From a virus: a stretch of 64,000 nt of DNA. The stretch is taken from the UHGV virus genome UHGV-1376088. One strand, written 5' to 3'. The position numbers and the translations under genes were made by a program. This document shows, piece after piece, positions 41,118 to 50,063 of this stretch. The number at the start of each line of letters is the position of its first letter. Position 1 is the stretch's first letter. Under the pieces are notes generated by a model that was given only the letters and a program-made list of their open reading frames with translations, did no database searches and was not told the DNA's origin.

Positions 41118-41644
41118 CTTGTTTGAAGTCCTATTGCTGTAAAGTCTTTTCTACCCATATCGAATCCAACTCTTAAGACCTCTGTAATATAATATGACTT
41201 TTCCGGTCTGATAGGAAACTTTATTGACCCTTCGTCATTCATGGCCGGAATATATATTACGTCTTTTTCGAATGCCTCTAGTCTATATGGCAGTATTAAT
41301 ACCCATGCTGAGTCTACTGAACGGCCAATACGCGATGTGCCGTTGTTATATGATGACCCAGTTGTTGGCATTATTGAACGAGTTAGCCACATATGTCCTG
41401 TAACTATCTCTTCGTCCCATAAATATCCGGCGCCTCCGCAGTCTGGACAGTCGCTCATACCCTCTTTGCTAATTTCATTGTAGCAGTGGCACTTTACTTT
41501 TGAACCGTCTTCATTGTGCCTAGATTTACGGTAAATGAATGGACGCATCTTATTTACAAACTCATCACCTGTAAAAAGATCGACCATCTCTTGTCGTAAA
41601 TCAACCTCTGCGATAAAGGGGAATTTGTTCGTTGCCATGTCCAT
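41114..41644 (-). CDS. Hypothetical protein (176 aa) with a zinc-ribbon-like CxC...CPDC motif. Neck or tail-completion region.
   Basis: ...KVKCHCYNEISKEGMSDCPDCGGAGYLWDE... The start may be the internal Met at 41638 (MDMATN...). It overlaps the end of the upstream ORF by about 40 nt. Confidence 0.4.
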   Translation of the reverse strand: MDMATNKFPFIAEVDLRQEMVDLFTGDEFVNKMRPFIYRKSRHNEDGSKVKCHCYNEISKEGMSDCPDCGGAGYLWDEEIVTGHMWLTRSIMPTTGSSYNNGTSRIGRSVDSAWVLILPYRLEAFEKDVIYIPAMNDEGSIKFPIRPEKSYYITEVLRVGFDMGRKDFTAIGLQTR

Positions 41645-42284
41645 AACCTGTCTTGTAGAATTTTCCGTCCATCTCTAAATACTTGTCGGCAGCAACTGGC
41701 ATTATACTTCTATAGTTTGGATGGTGCCATTCGCGATTTGAAACGCGATTTGAGCAGTTCCATTTGCCTTTAACAAAACCATAAGCAAGTAACGTTGAGG
41801 CGTCATCTATTGCGGATAGAACATCATCTGCACATTCCTTAGATTCATTTGCAAATTTAAGAGCAGAACTTACATCGAATGTCGAATCCCTTTGAACTTC
41901 AAAATCTCCAAGAACCTTTTTAACAGATTGACCCTTAAGAAGTGTCCCATATAGTTTATTTGCAACACTAGATAAGGCTGAGCATATGACAAAGTCCCGC
42001 TTTATCATATACAGCTCTTCTTCTGAGAGATTGATTTTCTTTCTACGGATATAATTATCTATCCAGATTGACTTATTAAATATAATCTCCGAAATGTCTT
42101 TTGAGAATTTTTCTGTAAAAGAAACATTTTCGGCAGGGACATTTAATTCGATGTCTCGTATTGATGCGTAAAACGGACAAAGAGAAATCTCAGATGTAGA
42201 CTCTGCTACATCAACAGAGCCTCCATCTTTAAAATCAACTTTAAATCCGTATATTTTGATACGGTTATTCAATGATTTCCTCAC
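41601..42284 (-). CDS. Hypothetical protein (227 aa).
   Basis: ORF in the operon. Overlaps both neighbours by 20-44 nt. Confidence 0.4.
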   Translation of the reverse strand: MRKSLNNRIKIYGFKVDFKDGGSVDVAESTSEISLCPFYASIRDIELNVPAENVSFTEKFSKDISEIIFNKSIWIDNYIRRKKINLSEEELYMIKRDFVICSALSSVANKLYGTLLKGQSVKKVLGDFEVQRDSTFDVSSALKFANESKECADDVLSAIDDASTLLAYGFVKGKWNCSNRVSNREWHHPNYRSIMPVAADKYLEMDGKFYKTGYGHGNEQIPLYRRG

Positions 42285-45200
42285 CTATTCCAAGACTATC
42301 GCCTTTGTAATATTTGTATCTAATTCTATATGGCTTACCTATATCTTCATCGGAGAAGAATACAAGACCCGTATAGGGCTCTATTTTTACTTGTCCAGCC
42401 GAGATGTTTGCAGCGACTCCACCACGATTTGGCTTATCTGATTTTACGAAGAATTTAGGCTCAAGATCTAGGTAATTTGTATATACAACCTCTGCACTTC
42501 TGCCATCTATCTCGATATTTATCATATCTGGAGAACCGATAAAAGGCAACCCATAAAACACCGGATCGAATGTGCCAGACCGAGAAGCTTCATTTCCAAG
42601 TCTTGTGCATAATGCTCCTCTATATACATATTCAAATGTTGGCAATTTCATCTCTGGATCGACATTTATCTCATCGCCATTTAATGTGCCAGGAGTGGAA
42701 CTTGTAAAGCCAACCTTTATCGTACCGGATACCTTAGATGTTGTTACTGGCACTATAGTGACATAACTCATCTGATATGAACCAGAGGAATCAGATCCGG
42801 ATGTCCATATCACTTTATCGCCATCGTTTACAGTGACACCCATTTTTTCTGAATCAATAGTTATTGAGAAATTACTAGGATTCTGCAGCAATGTATTTGT
42901 AGGTAATAAAAAATCGTCTAAATAATTAGGCCTTTTCGTATTACAATGGTATGACACGCCTGACCCAATGTTGGATACAAATATATTTTTATAATTAAAA
43001 TATTCTCCAGAGCTTTGAGATGTTTTTATTGATATAAGGAATGTCCCCTTAAGTGTTGATAAGTCAAACTTCATTTTGGACGATCCTGGAAGTATATATT
43101 GTGGATAAGCATTATGGATATATCCTAAAAGGGTATGAGTCTTGTCTTTTGTTTTTAGTCTTCCGTCTCTTGTTAGGTACATATTTGTTTTTGTGCAAAT
43201 AGGGTGACGATATTTAGGTTTATTATTTTCCTCCGATACCGTACCAGACTGCTCAAATTCATTTGATACAGGCAAACAAGATTCCTCTATAGTAAATGAT
43301 GCAGTAGAAACATTGTCGTTAACGTAGGCATAAGTCCTGTGGAACACAAAGCAATCACCTGCAACGAAATTATCTCCTGATGCTAAGAATTGTACACCAT
43401 CTATTTCAAAATTACTTGATGATGTTTTAAATTTAGACTCTTTAACTTTTGTAAAAGACTGACTCTCGCTAGAATAATAATCAAATATATCTGGATTATC
43501 CTTGGATATACCTATATTTGGACCGGAAACTAATGTATAAGTTTTACTAAAACCGCTTCTTCTTACATCAAGAGACCATCTCCCATTGCTAATACTATTA
43601 GGATTCTCGCCTATGCCACTAACTATAGGATTACCATTACTGTCGATAATGGCATGCATAGTTTTAGAATATTCATTTGATGTTGAAGCACTCATATTAT
43701 ATCTATACTCATATCTTTTAATATCGCCATAAGCTATATTTATCGCTTCATATCCTACCATAACAGGACGTCCGTCAATAGCAATGCCCCATGCTGCACC
43801 TGGCTGAAGAGAATATTTCTCTGAGTTAACCATGTCCCTTATTGTTGTCTTCTCTGCCTCTGCCTTTTGTGGACCAATACATATCGGTATCAACGACACA
43901 CCATTGGATTTTTCACTACCAATTGGATATGATTGATAGTAATCTCTGTCTGAGCTATATGGCGTACCTGAACCCTTTTTCTCAGTCTTTAGTTCTATAA
44001 ATGGAATCTCTGAGTTGTAATAATGCGCTAACAGACATATACCAACACTATTACCGTCTCTAGATAACACAAATCCCATATTGCTATATTTTAATTTATT
44101 CTCATAATCAAATGCAGCATCGAATCCTGAACTTACACCCATTAGCTGTTTTTTAACAGTTGAGAATGGTTTAGTGTTCCATGTCTCACCCATGTTATCA
44201 GAATACATTATGCCGGAATCTGTTATAATTGCAACTCCGCCTTTGCCATTTCCAGAAATTGCATATACGCGTTCGATACCATCCTTTGTAACCCTCTTAA
44301 CAACAGGAGTCTCATCAGTATCGTTATCAAATTCTACCTTGTATAATCCGCTTTCACCACATCCGATCAATAGCCCCTTTTTGCTATCATTCCATGCGAT
44401 ACCAGTAATTTGTATACCTCTATTTTCATGTGGCAAGTTGGTCTCATCCAAGATTATATACCTTGAATTCCCTATAGATGTGAGTAGAACACCTTTTCTA
44501 ATAACGATAGCGATATTCTGTCCATACAGTGGCCATATTGCAGGAGAAGACTCATAATACATTCCATCCGGATGGTTATACTTTTTATACACCATACCAT
44601 TTATATTGCCAGGGTAGGATAGGTGCGGAATAGGTTCAAATGATTGAACATTGGAATTTCCATAATATCCAGAAACTATAGTTTTTCTAACCCTAAATTC
44701 AGAATCAGACAGCGATCCGCCTTTTAGTACATCAATCTCCCATCTTTCGGGAAGACCATATCTTTCCGTTGCGGATATTGCCTTTATAGACCCTGTACCC
44801 TTTTTAATGGATGATGCCTCAAAAAATGGTTTAATTGAGGAACTAATATTGACCCTTGTCTTTGAGAAGGTTGTACTAACACCTTTTCCATTGCTAATTT
44901 TTCTAATTGATTCTGGTGATATAGACCTTCTGCTGGCACCAACACAGCCTATGATACTTCCTGATTTTTTCATATCCTCATATGAAACATCGCTGATTAT
45001 AACTGGAGACATAATATTTTTATGACTATACCTATTTATAGTAGCATTCCTGTCGCTACCGGTAAATGCCCTCATAATAAGGCTGTTATATTGAGAACTT
45101 TTCATATTTGTGTCTAACAACCCAAATATTACTTTATCATCATCATCAATATCCCATGTTGTTGAGTCGATACCCATTCCACCTACGGAATCCTTATAAT

Positions 45201-45834
45201 TCAATGGATATGATATACTGCCTTCACCATGACCATCTCCGTTGTAGCTATACGACAGTACACCAGAAAGGTTTGTTATATACTCCCTTTCAGAGTCTCC
45301 TGATACTATAACCTTGTATGTTATATCCACTACTGTTGCAGAATCTTGCACTATAATCTCGTCCAAAGGTGTGTAGAACTCTGTTCCTTCAGTATTTATA
45401 TTTAAAGCTATTGTACCGATCTTCCTTACGCCAGAATCTGGGGCATATAGAACACCCTTGAAAACTATAACAGTTCTTCCACTAGAATCTTTATCATATC
45501 TTAAATTTTCTACACCAGTAACATCTGTTACAACCCTTGATGCCTGACCATCTTGGAATATGCACTTACCTCTTCTCCATCCCTCCTCGTCCCTATTGTC
45601 CATATAATAGTACGGTGTCTTTGGCATCCTATATGGCATAGTATATATAAAACTGATAGGATTACTACTGCTAGATTGTCTTATCATCAACGTATATGTT
45701 TCACCTATATACCCGGTATTAGAGAACATCATCTTTGCAGGGATTGTCTGGATATTTTTGCAGGATATCTCTTTCTTAATCCTGCCAGTTTCTTTGTCTT
45801 TTAATGTTATTGTAGGATAACCGTATGAGTTCAT
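42265..45834 (-). CDS. Large hypothetical virion protein (1189 aa), beta-rich. Possibly a neck, collar or head-fiber protein.
   Basis: Very long ORF between the head-proximal genes and the neck/sheath genes. No catalytic motif recognised. Confidence 0.45.
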   Translation of the reverse strand: MNSYGYPTITLKDKETGRIKKEISCKNIQTIPAKMMFSNTGYIGETYTLMIRQSSSSNPISFIYTMPYRMPKTPYYYMDNRDEEGWRRGKCIFQDGQASRVVTDVTGVENLRYDKDSSGRTVIVFKGVLYAPDSGVRKIGTIALNINTEGTEFYTPLDEIIVQDSATVVDITYKVIVSGDSEREYITNLSGVLSYSYNGDGHGEGSISYPLNYKDSVGGMGIDSTTWDIDDDDKVIFGLLDTNMKSSQYNSLIMRAFTGSDRNATINRYSHKNIMSPVIISDVSYEDMKKSGSIIGCVGASRRSISPESIRKISNGKGVSTTFSKTRVNISSSIKPFFEASSIKKGTGSIKAISATERYGLPERWEIDVLKGGSLSDSEFRVRKTIVSGYYGNSNVQSFEPIPHLSYPGNINGMVYKKYNHPDGMYYESSPAIWPLYGQNIAIVIRKGVLLTSIGNSRYIILDETNLPHENRGIQITGIAWNDSKKGLLIGCGESGLYKVEFDNDTDETPVVKRVTKDGIERVYAISGNGKGGVAIITDSGIMYSDNMGETWNTKPFSTVKKQLMGVSSGFDAAFDYENKLKYSNMGFVLSRDGNSVGICLLAHYYNSEIPFIELKTEKKGSGTPYSSDRDYYQSYPIGSEKSNGVSLIPICIGPQKAEAEKTTIRDMVNSEKYSLQPGAAWGIAIDGRPVMVGYEAINIAYGDIKRYEYRYNMSASTSNEYSKTMHAIIDSNGNPIVSGIGENPNSISNGRWSLDVRRSGFSKTYTLVSGPNIGISKDNPDIFDYYSSESQSFTKVKESKFKTSSSNFEIDGVQFLASGDNFVAGDCFVFHRTYAYVNDNVSTASFTIEESCLPVSNEFEQSGTVSEENNKPKYRHPICTKTNMYLTRDGRLKTKDKTHTLLGYIHNAYPQYILPGSSKMKFDLSTLKGTFLISIKTSQSSGEYFNYKNIFVSNIGSGVSYHCNTKRPNYLDDFLLPTNTLLQNPSNFSITIDSEKMGVTVNDGDKVIWTSGSDSSGSYQMSYVTIVPVTTSKVSGTIKVGFTSSTPGTLNGDEINVDPEMKLPTFEYVYRGALCTRLGNEASRSGTFDPVFYGLPFIGSPDMINIEIDGRSAEVVYTNYLDLEPKFFVKSDKPNRGGVAANISAGQVKIEPYTGLVFFSDEDIGKPYRIRYKYYKGDSLGIGEEIIE

Positions 45835-47039
45835 TATTGTCCGCCGGATGTAATCGTTACTTTTACTGAAGAAGAATTTAGCGAGAGTGTACTTAACATA
45901 TCTTCAGAAATGAGTCTTTTCTGTTTAAAGTCATTAGACTTGATATTTGATACAGCTGATGACCAAGGAATAGCTATAGATGATAAACTGTCGTTATATT
46001 TATATGATGACTGTTTGGGGTCTGCTGATAATATTCGTGAATTAACAGAGCTCCCGCCCTTTAATGTAATTGATTCTACTATATCAATTGCGTTTGGGCC
46101 GCTGTATGGTGGAATCTGATCAGATATTAGTGCCCTATATTCTCCGCCAAAGATAGTTTTTATCTTTAACAATGGAGATTCTGAGTCTCCAAATACAGAT
46201 TCTACTATACCATTATTATATGTTGAATTGCCTGTTACTGATATTTCTGTTAAATCTGCCTTAAGATCGTCGCTTATCTGACCTCTAAATCTTCCGCCTG
46301 GAGATTTAAATAGGATTTCATTCTTAGGCTTTGCGCCGAAGTCTTCTCCGACTGTGGTATTTATAAGCCTATATTCTGCAGGTAGAATCTTTGAATATGA
46401 ACTATATGGATCATTAGAAACCAAACCTACTGATGTCTCCTTCTGAGACTCGGCCATGTCCTCAATAATAACTATTGCCTGACCGTTTTCTATTTTTATG
46501 TTGGTCTTCTCGACATAGACAAATACGTCTTTATCGTTAATTATTGATAACCCATTAGCTTTATCTGTGAAGTCAGTTTCAGGAATATTGAAGTAGAATT
46601 TATATTTATATTTAGGATCACCAGAGTCTTTTACTTGTTTTTCTATTAGCTCAAGAACAAATCTTTGTGGCAATATAGAAAGTCTTTTTGATAAAACCTT
46701 TTTTGTTTCCTCTAAAACAGTTTCCTCATTGTCGACTTCTTTTAGTCTTATTGGGGTGAATTCATCACCCATGAGCTGTTTATTTAAGTATTCGAATTCA
46801 GATAATTTTACACGGTTATATCTAAATTTTGTTTTACCAAATACGTTCTTAAATGGTATTCCTATTACTTGTATTTCACTGGATCCATGAACGTCTTCTA
46901 CCTGTATCGGCTTTTTCAATACAAGGCCGCCAGGAAGATATTCCATATTCCTATCAGCAAATCCTCGTGCCATCAACTCTGAGAAGTTTTCTACATCTGT
47001 CTTCTTCCAGTCTATTGGCATTAACTCTCTATCTGACAT
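45834..47039 (-). CDS. Hypothetical virion protein (401 aa).
   Basis: ORF with ATGA-type coupling to the downstream gene. Confidence 0.4.
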   Translation of the reverse strand: MSDRELMPIDWKKTDVENFSELMARGFADRNMEYLPGGLVLKKPIQVEDVHGSSEIQVIGIPFKNVFGKTKFRYNRVKLSEFEYLNKQLMGDEFTPIRLKEVDNEETVLEETKKVLSKRLSILPQRFVLELIEKQVKDSGDPKYKYKFYFNIPETDFTDKANGLSIINDKDVFVYVEKTNIKIENGQAIVIIEDMAESQKETSVGLVSNDPYSSYSKILPAEYRLINTTVGEDFGAKPKNEILFKSPGGRFRGQISDDLKADLTEISVTGNSTYNNGIVESVFGDSESPLLKIKTIFGGEYRALISDQIPPYSGPNAIDIVESITLKGGSSVNSRILSADPKQSSYKYNDSLSSIAIPWSSAVSNIKSNDFKQKRLISEDMLSTLSLNSSSVKVTITSGGQ

Positions 47040-47064
47040 TATATATCCTTCTGGCGTACTTGTT

Positions 47065-47718
47065 TTACGGAGATTCGACTACTGGTTTATTGTTACTTTC
47101 ACCTTCACCAGCTTTATCTCCAAGATGTTCTGAACTGTTAAAGTTATCGGACTCTTTATATTGTCTAGCATATACTATAAATTCGTTATAGTATCTTCTT
47201 ACATTCTGTTCCCACCTTGTAAAGATTGCTGCGCGATTATCGGGTTTTATTGTAACTTTCCATTTTTTAACACCCTCTTGCCCAGCTACATCTTCAATAA
47301 ACTCTACGTTGTCAACTAAATTAAAGTATGCGGCTTTAATTCCTGCCTCTGTATTCTCTCTTACAATAAATGGTACGTCCGGCACTCCGACTGTCTCTGT
47401 TTGAGAGAATTCTAATAGTGCTAAGTCCACTCTTCCGTATGATAAAAGTATAGTTACGGGGCCGCCATCCCTATTCATAAGATGACAGCCATCTGTAACA
47501 ATTTCGGCTATTGTGTTGTATTTAAACGCATTTGTTTGAGATGGGTTAGTATAAACCTTTGTTACTGCACATGCATCCTTGATGTCTACATTATTATCCT
47601 TAAGCTCTTTTTCAAGTCTCGGATTAATAGATGCAAACAGATCAAGGACCCATCCATCTGTATTTAAAACCTTGCCACTTCTAAGTAACCATGGCTTTAA
47701 CTCAAGCTCTCTACTCAT
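47065..47718 (-). CDS. Hypothetical protein (217 aa).
   Basis: ORF in the operon. Confidence 0.4.
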   Translation of the reverse strand: MSRELELKPWLLRSGKVLNTDGWVLDLFASINPRLEKELKDNNVDIKDACAVTKVYTNPSQTNAFKYNTIAEIVTDGCHLMNRDGGPVTILLSYGRVDLALLEFSQTETVGVPDVPFIVRENTEAGIKAAYFNLVDNVEFIEDVAGQEGVKKWKVTIKPDNRAAIFTRWEQNVRRYYNEFIVYARQYKESDNFNSSEHLGDKAGEGESNNKPVVESP

Positions 47719-48695
47719 CTTCTAAATCCTGGTAGGTATCTATCTCTTATGAAGTCAAGGTTTACAAATCTTCTTGCATCTTCAGAGTCTGTTGATAATG
47801 GCGTAGGTTTCACTGGAGTTGGCTTAGACGGAACAGTAGGGTTAAACTCTACACTAATAGTCGGAGGAGGCACTTCGACTTTAACCTCTGATTTACGAGA
47901 ATCATCCTTAAAGGAGTCGCCCGGGTTAAAGTTGTATGACTCTGTTTTAGCAAATTGATCTGGATATCGGATAACATTACCTGTATTGTCAGTTACCTTA
48001 CCAGCATCAATAAGCCACCATTCTATACCGCCAACATTAAATCCGTCCTGAATACCGACAATTGCGCCTATAGAGTTTAGGCTGTCTATTAAGCCTTCGA
48101 CCTCTATTCTAGAACATATGATAGTCGGATCATAATTTCCGCCTGTAACCTTATATTCTACATCTGTCTTGATTATAGTACATCCGTTAGATGAGTCTTT
48201 ATTCAATACAGCCTTATCTAGGCAGCAATTATTAGGCTCAGAGAATTTAACCTCAAAAGTGTCAGATTCTAGACCGCGAGGGATTTTACTTCCTAAGACG
48301 ATACTTTCCTCTTTGATGTCAATCTTCTTAGCTTCAAGGTTATAAAGAACGCCAGGGTCATAGACTTTTGAGTCAACCCACTTCTCCCCGCGAATAATCT
48401 GTGTAGTGTCCACTGGGAAACTATTATATCTATAAATAGAGATTGAAATAGGTGAAAGGGTTTTAAGATATGATGCGATTTGCGCTTCTGTTGCTTCTTC
48501 TGACGGAATAACGGAGGGGATATACAAAAATAAGCCATCTTTATCTTCGGCTATAAATGGTATATCCCCATATTTAACATACTCGGAAATTTCCTTTATT
48601 TCGCCTACTACTGCTTCCGGAGAGCCTCGGTCCCTAGTGTCGCCCGATTCACCTGTTAAACCAGTAGGTGTATTTTGTGGGTTTCTTGTTTCCAT
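47715..48695 (-). CDS. Hypothetical protein (326 aa).
   Basis: ORF in the operon. Contains a Cys cluster (NNCCLDK...NGCTII...IICSRIE). Confidence 0.4.
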   Translation of the reverse strand: METRNPQNTPTGLTGESGDTRDRGSPEAVVGEIKEISEYVKYGDIPFIAEDKDGLFLYIPSVIPSEEATEAQIASYLKTLSPISISIYRYNSFPVDTTQIIRGEKWVDSKVYDPGVLYNLEAKKIDIKEESIVLGSKIPRGLESDTFEVKFSEPNNCCLDKAVLNKDSSNGCTIIKTDVEYKVTGGNYDPTIICSRIEVEGLIDSLNSIGAIVGIQDGFNVGGIEWWLIDAGKVTDNTGNVIRYPDQFAKTESYNFNPGDSFKDDSRKSEVKVEVPPPTISVEFNPTVPSKPTPVKPTPLSTDSEDARRFVNLDFIRDRYLPGFRR

Positions 48696-48713
48696 ATTAA
48701 CCTTAGTTGAAGT

Positions 48714-50063
48714 TTATTTGACACGTACATGCTTAACTGCCCAATAGCCTTTTTGACTTGGATTATCAGGATCTGTTTGAACTACCCATTCAACCTCTGA
48801 GTTTTTAGCATCAGAATATGTAGGTAAGAGGCGCTTCAAGTGCTCGGGGGTATCAGAGGCCTCAACCAACTTATTAATAGGCGCGATGGCATCATACCTG
48901 CCGAACTTATTAGGTTCATAGCCATATCTCAGCATCCGATCTTCTGAATAGAGATACCGTGAATCACTGAAGTCTGGGATAGAGTGTACAGGCTTCTCAA
49001 CAAAAGCATTCTGGTCTGTAACCCTAGATACAGGCGCTGATTTGTCATCTTTCATATATTTAATGAGCTTAGCCCGCTGTCTTTCTGCTTCTTCGGCGTA
49101 ATTTCCATCTGCCCTTGCTCCAACATATTTATCTCCCTGAATACCGAGGGCATATGCCCACATATTATATGCAGGGATGATATGGCCACCATAGGCAACT
49201 GTTCCATCGACAATAAGATTTGAATAGTCGTCTAGCCAATTTTTATCGACCCAGTCTCTCGGTTTTCGATAAATGCCAAGTGCAGTGTCCCACACCCTCC
49301 AGCCATATTCGCCCCAGTCTTTCTCATTGAGCTTTCCAGGGAGTCTATATTTTCCAGGTGTAACCCATTTGCCCTCCCACCAGTCATATACAGCATCTTC
49401 AGATGGTTTTTCTCCATTAGGACTACCAGACACAGTTGGAATAGTATGGGTTTTTGTTTCTTTAAGATGAAAAAATCCAGAACTCCATCCTTCAGAATCC
49501 TCACTCTTTTCTGTAAAGTACCCAACAAATCTAGGGTATTTAACCTTGTAGAAAGTTTCTTTTAATGGATACTCAACAGGAATATATCTCCAGTCTTCTA
49601 TGTAGGAGGTTCTTGCTCTTGTCCATTGCGGTAGAGCCCTGAAGTAGTCCGACTTATCCCCATGTGTTCTTTCATAGCCACCCACTATAAAACACCCATA
49701 TGTCTTATCCCAGCATACAATATCCCTGATTTTATTATACACTCTTTTTATGTATCTTTCCGATGGCTGTTTAAATGAGCCGACTTCAACCCATGTCTTA
49801 GTTATAGGATGATATACTAAATCTTTACCATTGCTTGATTTTTTAGCTATATAGCTTGGATAATCGTCATCATTGTCTGGCTCATACATAGTATAATCAA
49901 CTAGGCCTATGTCGCTCTCATCCCCAGATATCTCGTAGACCATATTGTGTCTATATGAACTATCGAAATTAAAAAAATTGAGCAGAGATTTGTTTTTTGT
50001 AAAAATCATATTGATATTCCAATTATAGTCTACAAGAATTATTATCGGTAATCTACCGCCCAA
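48714..50063 (-). CDS. Hypothetical virion protein (449 aa). Its C-terminal ~65-aa domain is shared with the neighbouring 636-aa protein.
   Basis: The C-terminus YGYEPNKFGRYDAIAPINKLVEASDTPEHLKRLLPTYSDAKNSEVEWVVQTDPDNPSQKGYWAVKHVRV is paralogous to two domains in the 50042..51952 product. Confidence 0.45.
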   Translation of the reverse strand: MGGRLPIIILVDYNWNINMIFTKNKSLLNFFNFDSSYRHNMVYEISGDESDIGLVDYTMYEPDNDDDYPSYIAKKSSNGKDLVYHPITKTWVEVGSFKQPSERYIKRVYNKIRDIVCWDKTYGCFIVGGYERTHGDKSDYFRALPQWTRARTSYIEDWRYIPVEYPLKETFYKVKYPRFVGYFTEKSEDSEGWSSGFFHLKETKTHTIPTVSGSPNGEKPSEDAVYDWWEGKWVTPGKYRLPGKLNEKDWGEYGWRVWDTALGIYRKPRDWVDKNWLDDYSNLIVDGTVAYGGHIIPAYNMWAYALGIQGDKYVGARADGNYAEEAERQRAKLIKYMKDDKSAPVSRVTDQNAFVEKPVHSIPDFSDSRYLYSEDRMLRYGYEPNKFGRYDAIAPINKLVEASDTPEHLKRLLPTYSDAKNSEVEWVVQTDPDNPSQKGYWAVKHVRVK

